Positions 9,313 through 21,867 of a stretch of DNA of 64,000 nucleotides are shown one piece after another. Numbering within the stretch: position 1 is the first letter of the stretch; each line of letters begins with the position of its first letter. The stretch comes from Dudresnaya verticillata (taxonomy: Eukaryota): contig OZ374561.1 of the NCBI GenBank assembly GCA_977862235.1, positions 806,001 through 870,000 on the forward strand. Direction: 5' to 3'. The notes beneath the pieces are model-generated. The model saw nothing but the letters and a program-made list of their open reading frames with translations, was not told where the DNA came from and ran no database searches. The translations under genes and the position numbers were made by a program.

Positions 9313-11753
9313 GCGTGTGAGAAAGCGGAAGATGGATGAAGCTGTTCGTCTGCGAAGGGCGAGACGAGAAAGGTTTCTGGTTCATTGCGGATGAGGAAAG
9401 GACCGGGCATAACTACAAGGGAAGGGTTTGAACTTTGCAGAATGATTCGGGACGAGAGGACGGCGAGGTGGCATGGTCCCCGCCTGCAGAGACAATGGCA
9501 TGACCGCGAGATAGTTTCTGCTGACTATGCACGGGGTTTGCTCGGTAGCATGGTCACGGGCCAAGCCCGTAGCGATGCGAAAGGTTTACGGGAGAGAGGC
9601 GGAAGTAGTCGAATGCGGCCACGAGGGTGGGCGCTTGTGGTAGGTAGCGATGACATCACATATTGATTCTGTTGGGGATAACATTTACGTGTAACGACTG
9701 TTCCGACGGGTTGATATATCAATGAGCACAACCGCGCGCAGCACCGGGCGGCTCGGCCTTATAGTTAGCATGGAGAACACGAAGGCCTTCATCGAAGGCG
9801 CAATTTTTCCGAAGTGGCCACGAAATGGGCGCGCGCATGGCGCCGGCGCGGGGTGATCGAAACTGGTGGCCATGAGGAGCAGCGCACCGATCCTCTCCTC
9901 GGCCGTCACGGGGCACGCCGTTTCGAGCCCTCAAGCGCCACGCCGCGATGATCTGGTATGATCAAAACAGTGCCACGCACCACCGCACGATTGGCTCAGG
10001 CGTGGTGAGAGGCAATTCGACTGGCTGAGATCGCGTGATTATTGGCGCAGGCGAAAACCGAGCACATCGCGGTTCTGTGATGTCGCGCTGAGACTGGGGC
10101 AGCGCTTCACAGATAGACAGGAGCCCCCTGACGCTCCGACCTTCCGCTGATCAAGGCGGAAATGAAATGCATTGTTCGACTGCCGACTGTAATAGCCAAG
10201 CGCGGGTCTTCGCGCGCCTGTTCGCCCTTTCCGTTCATGTGGTGGCATGGCATTTCAAGGAGAAACTATCGCTGATCCTGTGTCGACACCGTGTTTTCCC
10301 GTAGTTTCGAAATAAGCCTAGTTACAAAGATGCGCAAAAGTGCAGCCTTGCGCCCGCGCGAGACATTTTTTATCTTACCGCTTCCTGGCCTTCATGGCAT
10401 TGCTCGGTATGCCCGTGTAACCTTTATGCCACTCTCTGTTTGCAGGCAATTGAACTCAGCATATCTCCTTTTGATCGTGCCAAAGTCCTGTTGCGCAGCT
10501 ATGCCACACTAGGGCAATATACAACAGGTCTTCTCTACCCCTATCTCCAAGATCTAACCATAGGGAAAGGGCGATAAGACAAATTCGAGCACTGCCATTT
10601 TCACATTGATGCTGCAGAGGACCGCGGCTGAGTCAGCAACAGCGTGAATCAAATCTTATCTTTAGCAAAATTTGTTACTTGCAAAGAAGCGATTACTGAT
10701 ACTGTACCGTTTTGCAAAAACTGCATTTCAGAACTCTACATCTCGAAGAGACGGCTACAGTGTCAGAATCTGTGTGCAACAGTTCGCAACCAGAGCCTGT
10801 GATTCATATTGGCCGTGGTGTACACGCCATCCTTCCCACGCCCTTCTCAGAAACTTTTTTTCAAACCCGGAGACCGTCTCGTACTGTATCGAGGATTAGA
10901 CCTTGTTTCATTGTGTCACCTCCCATCCAGTACATCGATGGGCATTGCCTGACACGTAGGGATGCATTGCAGAAAGCAGGTCATGACACGATATTTGGGT
11001 TACGAAAACCGGGGGTTCGCCACTCTAGTTTGCTGGAGCAATTCCAAACCGGGACGGAAACAAGGCGCTAAAGCTCGCCTTGGAGTTTTGAACAGCTCGT
11101 GATACCATGTGATTCGCATGCGAGTTCAGCGACCTCTCCAATGACGCCACACGGATAAGGTGACCTCGACATCCTCACGAATAATCGTGCTGCTCTGGAG
11201 ACTCTCCTACAAATGGTCGAAGACTTGTCTGCCGCGGCTGACTTGCTGCGACTGCGAAGTGTCATGCACGCGGGCTCAGGCTGGCGCGCCGCCTGGAGTG
11301 TCTGCAGCGGCCAGGGCACCACCAAAAACCTTGTTGCCTCCAAAGACGAGCCGCAAATTGTCTTCAAATGATTGGATGTGTCGCATTGCCGTCGATGTTC
11401 CAGCGCCCCAACGCCAATCAACCGCCAAACTCGCAGGGCCAACAATACACGTATTCGGAGGGGCCGAAACAATAGAGGGTTTAGGCCGCTCCAACGTCAA
11501 TAGTTCCGGCCCAACAACCCTTGGTCCCAACGCGACACCTCCGAAACCGGGCCCGTCCGCACTCCACATCGACTCGAACTGCCGCCCCCCGCCTGCCTCA
11601 CCAACACCCTTTCGAACTCTGCCAAGCCTTCGACGCGCCACGCTCGCGCGCGTGCCACCCAGTTTCGCATCTTGCCGGCGCAAAGCGCCCGCGTCGAGAA
11701 GAGAACGCACGACGGCCTGTCCACCTGCCGCTTCGCCGCACAACCCGCCACCT

Positions 11754-12815
11754 ATGGGCCGATGGAACGGCGACGCGCGCGCGGTAGTACCGTCAAAGTA
11801 CTTGACGTCAAGCCGCGACGTGCAGCCCGCCACGTCGGCGGCCAGCCGCGCGTCTCCGTGCCCGCTGGGCCTGGGCCTGTACGTGCTGCCCTCGCCCGGC
11901 TCTGACATGCGCTGCCGCCCTCTGCAGATGCTGTACGTGTCCGAAAAAGTCGCTCGCGACCGCGCTCCGGAGGCGGACTACCGCAATGGAGCCGGTGTCC
12001 TGCCCGGTTGGTACGTCATTGCTGCTCCCGGCCTCAACTTCCAGGTACACGCCACAAGGGTCAACGACCGGCTGCTTGGCTCTGTGCATGAAAATGGATA
12101 CGTGTCATATCTTACTTTTGACGGGGAGAGAACCCGCGATGCGTACTTCTTCTCGGTACCGTCGGCCCCGATTTTGGACTGCCCGGTTGATTACTCCGTC
12201 AATGAGATGGTGTATCAAGGCTTCCTGGAGAAGCAGATGAGGGGGAAGAAATTCGGTTCCGAGAGGAAGTACCGATTGTTTGCTTTTCGGAAGGCCAATA
12301 CCAAGTCTGAAGGAGATCGTGGCGGAACTGAAGACGGCTTGGGGAGCATCAAGCTAGATGTTGGCATTGGGCAGATGAGGCAGCGGGAGAATCCGCGAGC
12401 CGCATCATTTTCAACATACACCCTCCAGGATGGGAGCGTTTCGGAGAAGGTCAAGGCAAAGCATGGGAAAAGCATTGGCGTAAAGCGGGATGGGAATGTT
12501 ATGCAAAAAACAATTTGTTTGCCACCAGTCGACTGCTACGATGTTCGTCCACTTTCCGAAGCAGCAGTCGTCTTACACCTCCGGGAGCGTTCCTGGATGA
12601 GGTCGAGGCGGTTGATTGACGACAACGGAAATCCATGTACGTATGGGAAGTACAAGGAACTACTTGAAAATGATAATTCGTCCCCGTCTCCTCAGCCAGG
12701 AGCAGATTTACAGAACAGGAAGAAGAAAAGGAAGCTTGAGCCACTGCAAGTTGATCATGCGATGCAAGATAGCTCGGGCCCATTTCTTCCTGGAGAAATC
12801 ATTGATTTAACTTGA
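11754..12815 (+). CDS. Uncharacterised ~350-aa family with C-terminal IIDLT motif (copy A)
   Basis: Starts MGRWNGDARAVVP, identical to the start of the paralog at 19177. Shares PLGLG.Y, GWYV, F.FRKA, VSEK, RERSWMRSRRLIDD. Ends RKKKRKLE...IIDLT. Confidence 0.85.
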   Translation: MGRWNGDARAVVPSKYLTSSRDVQPATSAASRASPCPLGLGLYVLPSPGSDMRCRPLQMLYVSEKVARDRAPEADYRNGAGVLPGWYVIAAPGLNFQVHATRVNDRLLGSVHENGYVSYLTFDGERTRDAYFFSVPSAPILDCPVDYSVNEMVYQGFLEKQMRGKKFGSERKYRLFAFRKANTKSEGDRGGTEDGLGSIKLDVGIGQMRQRENPRAASFSTYTLQDGSVSEKVKAKHGKSIGVKRDGNVMQKTICLPPVDCYDVRPLSEAAVVLHLRERSWMRSRRLIDDNGNPCTYGKYKELLENDNSSPSPQPGADLQNRKKKRKLEPLQVDHAMQDSSGPFLPGEIIDLT

Positions 12816-14009
12816 TCTTGCCTTTCCAGAAGGTCATGGATGCACGTCCTCTTTTTTTTGGCACCGCATGTGTGCGGATACAGAACGTTTTGTGGAGATG
12901 CTACTACTCTGTTCCTTCTGTGTGACTAATTTGTCTTATGTTCATGAAGTTTGGTGATTCTACTTACGCACTGCTGCTGCTACGTGAAAGCGTGGGATGG
13001 ACAATCTCAACTCAATCTCAACCGGCCTTGTTTGAGAGCACGTATCTATCCAATACTGCCACATGACGGGCCATCAGCATCAGCAACAACCAATTAAAAT
13101 GGCCTATAGACAGGGCTGCGGGCAATAACATTGCAAGTTATTGCTCGCACAAATGCAATAAGCAATATGTTGCACCAATACTCTCCCCTTTGGCAATATA
13201 ACCGCCATCACGCACAAATAACACCTGCAATACATGCCTACGTCGTGCAACAAGTTTGTCCAATGCGATGTTGTTTTATGCGCCTACGGAACGACATACG
13301 AGATTATAACAGCTTCAACTAGCACAAAGCTCTTCCTGCAAAATAGGCTGTTGAAGTGTGGCAACAACACGGGCAGAACGAGCTGCTAGTATGGCATGAG
13401 AAACAAGATGCGCGTCCCAAAACCGTTTATTCATTTTGCAGAAGATAAGCACACACCTTTATTTTAATCTAAGGAGCAACCCTGGGAAAGGGCCTAATTA
13501 CCAGGACACATAGCAGAAGGAGGGGATAGGTTGCGGCGATTCACGCTAACTGCAACACATTGAAGAACGAGCGTAGTAAGTGACGATAATAGAGCAAGCT
13601 TCTCAGCGAGGGGGGAGGTCCCTTTCTGGACAGCAATGTAATTTACAGCATGGGGGGCTATTATACGCTGTATTCTCGGGATCCAACGCTACAGATACCG
13701 CTAGCACACAAAGCCGCACATATGTGTCTCGCATATACTGCATTTAACAACAGGGCTTCCAATGGTACACTGTACAGTACTGCGAATCTCCCAAGACATA
13801 TTCGGCTTGATCTTGTCGCCTTGGTTGTGAAGACATTTTTCCTGCACTCCAGTCCTGCACTGTATTAGAATGGTTGACTCGATACAAAATATAAAATAGT
13901 CCGGCTGGATACGTGTGCTCGGCCGCAATTCTCCAAAGCTTAAGCTTAGGCAAGTCAGGGTACTGGTCCACCACGCCCTCGGCAATCTGCTTTTGAATAA
14001 GTCTCTTTA

Positions 14010-15617
14010 TCATCTCTTCGATAACAGGTTGCGCAGAGTGCCGTTTTCAATCCGGAGCCTCCTTTCCTCCGCGACCAAAACCTTTTCTCTGTCCTTGGCC
14101 TCCTTCAGCGACGCTTTTAGGTTCTGCAAATTTTCTTTTCTTCGCAAGTTGCTTCGCGCTGCAGCTTCTCTATTTTTTATCTTCCTCATATAGCCACTAT
14201 CCAGAGAGCTTATTCCAGCTTGGGGATCTTCGTTCAATCAGATAGGAAAAGGTATTAACAGTTTGGGTTAGTCACGTGCAAGTGATTCAAAGGAAAGCGT
14301 AGAAATTAACGTAAAGATTGTCCATATTTGCAATGAAAGGAAGGACTTACCTTGCTGTATATCCAGAGAGCTGCCAGGCTGTTGATCTCTTCGAATGCTG
14401 GGGGTCTCTGGCCGTTCCTGCTCTTCTTGTTGCTCAAAAAAACCATTCTTATCCTTGCTGTCCATGGGCCTGTATTGAGAAAGAAACAGCTCTTCAGCGC
14501 TACCTGCTCTTCTCGTTGCCTCTTCTGCAGCGCCAACATTGCTTTCTACTTCAGCTACAGCAAGATCGCATAGTTCCGAAACACTTTCATGATTTACCGA
14601 AACAGAAATCCTTGATGAAACTCGCTTGGGATAGCATGAGACTTCCAGTTCTTCATTTTGTGATCGATTCCAGTTACGAACAGTTGCAGGAAAGGTCCCA
14701 GCGTAGATGGCCGCGTTTCGGGCAAAGATCGAGAAGTCGAGTGGGTGTGTTGGCCTATGCGTTTGATGTAAACAATCGCATGTGCTTGGAGTGGTCTGGA
14801 CACAGTAAAGACACTTTTTTCTGTCCTCGTTCAAGGCATTACACCTAGTTAGCGAGTCAAGCGGGCTGATAACATTTTCCTCTCCGAGCTTGAAGTCACA
14901 AAGTCGTTTGTGTTTGAATGTAAAACAAGTAAATAAACGTCCGCTTCGAGCGTCATGTGATGCAAATGATAGTTGCACTGAGTTTGTGCACCCCTTCTCC
15001 GAGCCAACAGACAAAAACGCCGTGTTGTTATTGTCGAAGGCAAAACGAGCATACGGTCCAAACCCCCAGTTTCCAAACATAGGTTGAGAATTGCATTCTT
15101 CGTCAGATGATTTGCCGACTTGTATGCCAAGAGTAATGTGGTCACGGGACATGAGCGGGATCAGACAAAAGGTTTCTGTTGTCTGAAGTTGTCGTGTAGT
15201 TGTAGCAAACGAGGTTACCCCGTGATAACTTTCATCTTCGGCTAGTGAGGGTGAGACGTCGCCCACTATCAAGTCTATTAGCGAAGCGCTAGCTTTCTGA
15301 ATTCCGCAAACAAGTCTGGGAAGGTGGAGTTCACGACCGCCGTCATGAAACAGAAAATCGGCAACCCAGGGGAAGGTGTTAGGAAGACAGAGTGCCGAGT
15401 GTAGAATACTGCCAGGGTTGGTCGGATCGTTTGGTTCGGGAGGATTTACATGTCGCTGCCAGGATATCGGAGCAGGATGGGGAGCAGGAAGCTCTACTTC
15501 CATAAGCTGGGGAAGTATTGAACTCTGTTCATGCTCTTCTTCCGGGGACAAATGAGGTTCGGGGTCAACCGGGTCAGGCGTTGATGTTGCAGAATCTTCT
15601 GACGAGGGTGTTACCAT
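14010..15617 (-). CDS. bZIP transcription factor with Cys-rich central domain (copy 2); exons 15617-14351 and 14227-14010
   Basis: Paralog of 7721-9312 (FPWVADFLFHD, SRDHITLGIQV, KCLYC, RPTHPLDFSIFARN). Donor GTAAGT at 14350, branch GACTAAC, acceptor AAG at 14228. bZIP MRKIKNREAAARSNLRRK. Start MVTPSS aligns with METPSS. Confidence 0.85.
14228..14350 (-). other. Spliceosomal intron (~123 nt, phase 1)
   Basis: GTAAGT...GACTAAC...AAG. An alternative in-frame AG lies 9 nt further on. Confidence 0.75.
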
Positions 15618-15831
15618 GGCAGTAAGCAGGTTTAACAATTGGGATGTTGCAGCGCTCCGCAGGCATCGAGTGGGAGGGTTCTGCGGCTCACGACCGATCG
15701 GGCGAGGAGCGGGCATAACTATGACGGAATCGGTTGCACTGCAACCGGGAACAGAGAGCTGGGCGTGGTCCCCGGCTGCGAGATGAACAAGCGCTAATAT
15801 TGCTGGCTTTCATCTCTCAGTAATTGATCGG

Positions 15832-15897
15832 TTATGCTGCCAAGCCTAACCGATTATGCTACCAAGCATAACCGACTATGCTGCCAAGCATAACCGA
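15832..15897. repeat. 3 x 22-bp tandem repeat with internal palindrome
   Basis: TTATGCTGCCAAGCCTAACCGA / TTATGCTACCAAGCATAACCGA / CTATGCTGCCAAGCATAACCGA. Confidence 0.9.
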
Positions 15898-18800
15898 AGT
15901 GGCAGAGGTGCCGGGATGTGGAAATCGGCTAACTTTGCCTATCACTTTGGTTGAGAGAATACTGACATAATATTTGGTCTTGTTGCGAATTGCGGCTTGG
16001 TTTTCAAAATCAATGTGCAGGTCACAACCAGCGCTAGATGATGCCTCCGATGAACTGTATAGTTACATATATGCCGCTGCATTGTCGTCGCTGTAAAATT
16101 GTTATCAGTATATAGAAATTGGGCTACTGTTGCTATGCATTTTGCGTTCTCTGCAGATGCCTGTTCTGAATACTTGAGGAGGTGTTTATGACGGTTCGTG
16201 CTGCGTTCTGGCTGCTCGGTAATGGTCGGGTCAGGCGGCAATTCGATGTGGTTGGTGGCCAAAATAGCAACACTTTATGGATAGTTCCGCCCGCGACTCC
16301 CATGGCACACGGCGCTTTTCTAGGCACTAGATCTCACTTCATCTTTTCCAAACGGCGCCAATCATCGGCACATGATTGGCCGCAAGATGATTAGGTCACG
16401 TGAAGGCACACCGGTTGGCTGGGGTGCGGTATGATACGCATCATGCCGCCATCGATCATTGGATGGTTTCCAACAGGGCCTCCATCTTACTTCTGTGATG
16501 TTGCTCTGAGATAGCCGCTTGTTAGTCGAATAAGATCTATTCGTGTGGATATCTCCAAACTTTGCGGTACAGTACAGGAGGAACTCTATATGTAAAAATC
16601 TTCAGATATACATACATACTCATTTGACCACTGTCGTGGTTTGCTGTGAAATGGCATATGGGCCTCTTCACCATTCCTCCGCCCGACGAAGCAAGGCGCA
16701 CCAGACTGCGTTCTAGAACCGCCCCACTCCAAGCACACACGAAAGAGGACTCATCCGCACGGGAAATGGAAGAGGTCGAGCGAACAATACACACGTCGCT
16801 GAGAGAAGCGGACAGCAAACAAACGAGGCCAACAGCGTAACGTGACATGGTATGTAGAAAAACCACGCCCAGATACCGTGTGGACTTTCATAGACCGAGA
16901 TCGGCCTCCCTGCACGCAAATCACATAAAATTAACACCATCGCTGTCGTGGTACTTTATCTACCAACAGAAAGCCACCAACTGGCACAGTCAGCTGGGGC
17001 GGCACCCTTCCGGCAAATTCTGCCCTGTACCCCGTCCACCCCAGTCCTTGCCCTGCGTTCACCCTCCTGGTGCAGTACCCCATGCCCCGCACTCGCGCGG
17101 CGCATTAGTGCTGATGGGCCCGCTCACCGGCGAGCACGATGACAGGTTCGCATTGCGCTGCGTCACGCAGCTGCATGTACGCTGCAAACGCATGCAACTC
17201 GGTCGTGGGAATACACTGTGTAGCGCTGGAACATCGTCTCGCTGCTGTGCAGCAGCAGCAGACCTGCACGGCAGTGGTGCCGTGCGGCGTCCGAGATGGG
17301 CAGGGAAGAGCGGACGTGGTACAGTACTGTAGTACACGAGGGTCAGCCCCACCTGTGTTGAGGTGGGTGATGGTGTGGGACGGGGGCAGCATTCGACTCG
17401 ATGGGTAATAAGAGAGCTCAGGACCAATTGCAGGTACCGATGCGGATAGACATGTGAGTATAGCTGTGTTTATTTTCTCACTTGAATCATCGTATATATC
17501 CACGTAAAATAACAACGCGGATAGGCTTGCAATAAGAGCAAGTTTATCCGTGTTGTTTTATGACCCTTCGCGAGCTGTTCTCTTCCACATCCGTTGACTC
17601 TCGCTGCTGTGGAATTCACTGCGTGGTGGCAGCGATAGGCGCTTGTGGGGATTTAATCCGTTTTCTGGTCATCATGGCATGCTCTGGAAGTGATTACCGC
17701 GTCTTCCAAATCTGATATGTTCATTCTTGTGACTATAGTCTGCACTTCACCTGTGAGCGTTTGGTTATGGCTAACCCCAGATCCTAGTTCCAAAACTCAG
17801 ATACCCATGCACCGCCGTTGCTGGCCAGTGCGGGTACGTACTCATGTGAACATATAATTTATCATCTTCGACTGTGCACTGTCCACATTTCAAGATTGCT
17901 TTTTCAAGGGTACCCGTTCAAAGTGTCGTGCTGAGTTCCAGTTACAAGGTCTTACTGAATGGCACACACGTCGCGTTTGCTGCGTAACGATCCCTTTCGT
18001 GACACTACGAGGTCCCGTAACGGGAGACCCCAAAGGGGAATGAATCAACCAAACGGTGATATTTGTGCCCCACATTACTGTCTTTAAGTAAATGGTGCAT
18101 GTCGAGGACCATCGAGAGCAACGTGATTCAGCCCAACATCACGGGTCCCTTCACACACTGGCCGTGTAGCTCTGCCAATATCGTCGAGGGACTGTAGCCT
18201 TCAGTTTGATGGGCTTCGCCCATGTTCAATTGATTTCTGTTATCCCCAATCTGCTTAGCAAACTGAGCCTGTTTCCGGATTTCAGGTCAGGTCGCACAGT
18301 TGTAAGAACGAAAGGAATGAATCCATTGAGCACCGCGACGAAAACCGTAAAGGTCAGTTCAGTTTAGTTTTTTGCTAGGTTGATCGATGGCGATGGAAGT
18401 TTGTGTAATTACCAGAGGTATAGAAAAAGGGACTGCTCACAGCAGGATAGAGATCTGCAGCAACAGAAAAGGAAATAGTGAAGGACGAGTATAATGGTGG
18501 GTATCTTCTACGCTGTTAGAGTAGGTCGACCTGAGTTGGAAAGGTAGGATAAATCTACTGCTTTGCAATACAGTACCGTATCCAGCTGCATGTTGCCTCC
18601 AGCAGTAGGGGTGAGCGCGTCAAGTATCTGATGACGCCATCCGGAAAAGTCGTGCTATATGTATGCTACTGTGCCAAATACAGTATGTACAGCACAACAC
18701 CGCATGCCTCCATGGCGAGCATGCGGTGCTCGCGCTGGCGGCAGGTCGGGGCACTCCTCAAGGCGGCAAATTCGGGCTTCCTTTGCGTGATTGAAGGCAT

Positions 18801-19176
18801 TGCTGCCGAAGCGTAAGACGGCAAAGTGTCTTTATGTGGTTGGATGTATCGTACTATCCTTCGAGGCCTCGAAGTGACCAAGTCGCGGTCTACAATTTCC
18901 AACATGAGATTGGATCTGCTTGCAACCCATTCAGGTTTCGGCGAAATTGTACTCAAAAAACAATGGAAATTGTCAATACTGTGCTGACTCCAGCGCTTCG
19001 ATATTGTAAACCCCCTTCCAGTTCGTCTCCGTCCACTTCTGAACAACCTTTCATACGCGCCACTTCTAAACCGTATAGAGTGCTTCCCGCCGTCAAGCGC
19101 ACGAAAAAGCCCGCGTCAAAAGCCCATAGCTCGACGCACTCGCCTGTCCGCAGCCACCCCGCAGCATCCGACCACC

Positions 19177-20232
19177 ATGGGCCGCTGGAACGGCGACGCG
19201 CGCGCCGTCGTACCGCCGCAGTACTTCAAGTCCAGTCGCGACGTGCAGGCCGCTACCGGGGAGGCCAGCCGCGCGTCGCCGTGCCCGCTGGGCCTGGGTG
19301 TGTACGCAATACCTTCGCCGGGCTCTGGGAAGCCGAAGCGCGCTCTTCAGATGCTGTATGTCTCGGAACGTGTCGCCCGCGATCGCGCCCCGGAGGCCGA
19401 CTACCGGAATGGGGCCTGTGTGAAGGCTGGATGGTATGTCATCGGCAATCCTGGCGTCAACTTTGAGGTACTCGTCTCTCGCATCAACGACCTGCTACTG
19501 GGCGAAGAGAGGGAGGACGGGTATGTGTCACTCCTTACCATCGATGGGGAGCGCACTCATGACGAGTACTTCTTCGCGGTTCCTTCACCTACAGGCATGG
19601 ATTGCTCCAAGTTTTATTCTATCAATGAGGCTGTGTATCGAGGTTTTTTGGAGCGCCAGTTGGGAGGATTTATGCCGTTTTTCGAAAGGAAGTACAGGAT
19701 GTTTGCCTTTCGAAAGGCGCATGCGGGAGGTGACCTTGCTCAAAATGGAACAAACGAGGGTGTGGGTACTATAAGACTGGATACTGGCATAGGGCAGATG
19801 AAGTTTTACAATAATGGAAACCTCACATCTTCGGCGACATACAAGTTGGATGGCAAAGGAGTTTCGGAGAAGGCAATGGCGAAAGAGGGAACTAGCCTCG
19901 GCGTGCGTCGCGATGGAAAGGTCCTAAAGACAAGAGAACGCTGGCCAGCTGTGTTTTGCAGTAACACCCGTGTACTCCCTGAGGCTGCCATTGTTTTGCA
20001 CGTACGAGAGCGTTCTTGGATGAGGTCTAGGAGGTTGATTGATGACGACGGAAGCCCCTGCACGTATGACATGTACAAGGATCTTTTGGAACGCGATAAC
20101 GCGCCCCAACCGCCACAAGGGACAAGCCCGGCGTCAACGCCAAAGAAAAAGGTGAAAGTTGAGCTACTGGCGGATGATGCTGACACAAACGCTGCACCAA
20201 TACTTCCCGGAGAGGTGATTGACTTAACGTGA
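19177..20232 (+). CDS. Uncharacterised ~350-aa family with C-terminal VIDLT motif (copy B)
   Basis: 351-aa ORF, close paralog of 11754-12815; ends PKKKVKVE...VIDLT. Confidence 0.88.
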   Translation: MGRWNGDARAVVPPQYFKSSRDVQAATGEASRASPCPLGLGVYAIPSPGSGKPKRALQMLYVSERVARDRAPEADYRNGACVKAGWYVIGNPGVNFEVLVSRINDLLLGEEREDGYVSLLTIDGERTHDEYFFAVPSPTGMDCSKFYSINEAVYRGFLERQLGGFMPFFERKYRMFAFRKAHAGGDLAQNGTNEGVGTIRLDTGIGQMKFYNNGNLTSSATYKLDGKGVSEKAMAKEGTSLGVRRDGKVLKTRERWPAVFCSNTRVLPEAAIVLHVRERSWMRSRRLIDDDGSPCTYDMYKDLLERDNAPQPPQGTSPASTPKKKVKVELLADDADTNAAPILPGEVIDLT

Positions 20233-21867
20233 TGCACTGCTTGTTATAGCCACATCTCCTGCTTCAAAACTGGCGCCGTATGACTTGCATTCGTGTTTTG
20301 CGCCATGTCACATGATAGGCTTTGCTGTCACAACTATAGGATAAAAGAGTTCTCCTTGGAAAGCAAGCCATGCCAAGGCCTTTGGCGCCACGCCTACTGG
20401 TGTTTTCGGTTCGGAAGTGGTTTTCTCTGCGCAGTCTTTTCTGTAGATACGGACTGTTGGTTGCCTACGTCAAATGCGTCTCGTACACATCTAGGCTGAG
20501 CTTAGGATGAATTCCAGTCGGCTGGGCTTTTCTCCGACAACCACACAGAAGTTCACACTGTTTTACACGGATAAGCTAAGAGAATCCGTTCCGGTGGTCC
20601 ATGCATTTCTTGACATGCCCCGTAACATAGTTTCGGACCTTTCGTTGGTAAGCTGGCTCAACGAATGTTACAACAACAATATTTTGTTGTATCGCTACTT
20701 TGAATCACGACGACATCAAGGTCCCTCTAGTGGTGCTCTGCAAGTGAATCCTAGTGGAAGGAGCTGACCCGATCCTCCAATGCCTCCGTGGTAACCGTAA
20801 CAATTATGAAATTTCAAAACATAACTCAGTAACAACGACCTTCCTAGGCGTGTTCCCCAGCATCATAGTGCGCAAATCTATCTATCATTTCCAGAAATGA
20901 TGGCATGCCATTCCTCCATAGCAACTCTACATGCAATGCCATCATTTCTGCAAATGTTAGATATATATGCTGTTCTGTTGTGCGCAAATTGCGCACAACA
21001 GCACAGCAAATGAAGATCCCTGCTGCGCAAGCATCCACGCCAATGATTGTTTTTCAGAGAAGCAACCGCAAACTGCATAGTATCCCTGCAAAAGACCAGA
21101 GCGTGGCTGCAACTCCAAATAGCGTTTGGTGGCTGCTCCGACAAAGATGGGCCGTGTTGTCAGTTCTTCAGAACTGTGTAGCGCAACAAGGATTGGAGGC
21201 TTGATCTTCCCCAAAGAGCAAGCACTGGGATCAAGAAGCGCTGCATACCTTGGCCCAGGCTGAGTCCAGTTGAATCAGCTAGACTGCACCTGTTCAGACA
21301 TGGCAAAGTTTCATATGTTGGAACAGTTGATGTCAAAATCAACTTGTCTGCGGCGATGGCCTGGAAACAGTGCATTGCTGGCGTGAAGGGCAGAGAGAGG
21401 GCTGTGTCGGACAGGCTGCGGAAATTTGCAAAGTGTCCTGGCACCATTGGATGTATCGCTTGCCCTCGAGCCGACGAATTTGGATGTGATGTCCCACGGT
21501 AATCACTCCCGCCAAAAACACAGATCCACCACACGGCTGCACTCTCGAGTGCGACTTCAAAGTGGAAGATGTGCTGTGTGGTGTCCGCTATCGCGAGGCA
21601 GAGGGTACCCGTAGGGGAGAGAACGATGTGACCGAGAAGCCCTGCCCGCGTCTCCGCGTTCAAACAAAACCTAACTGTCGGACTTCTCACTGCTGCCGTC
21701 ACTCGCAAGAGAACCTTGTTGCTTCTGACGGCTTAGTTAGAAGTTTCTGTTCAGACTCAGGGTTTGCTCCTCAGTAGAACACCAGAAATAATCTACTTTG
21801 AAGTTCTGTGCTTGGTCTCGCCTTTCTGAAATCTCATCATCGGCTGTGCACTGAACGCTCGGCTACC

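Noticed and set aside
11160..11753. 198-aa N-terminal extension of family copy A
   Set aside because: Non-ATG start, low complexity, and not in frame in copy B. All paralogs begin at the M-x(2-3)-W motif.
15832..15897. CRISPR-like palindromic repeats
   Set aside because: No spacers between units, no cas genes, eukaryotic context.
16520..18800. Extra intergenic DNA in module 2 as a possible transposon
   Set aside because: No transposase/RT motifs, terminal repeats or target-site duplication could be identified by eye.
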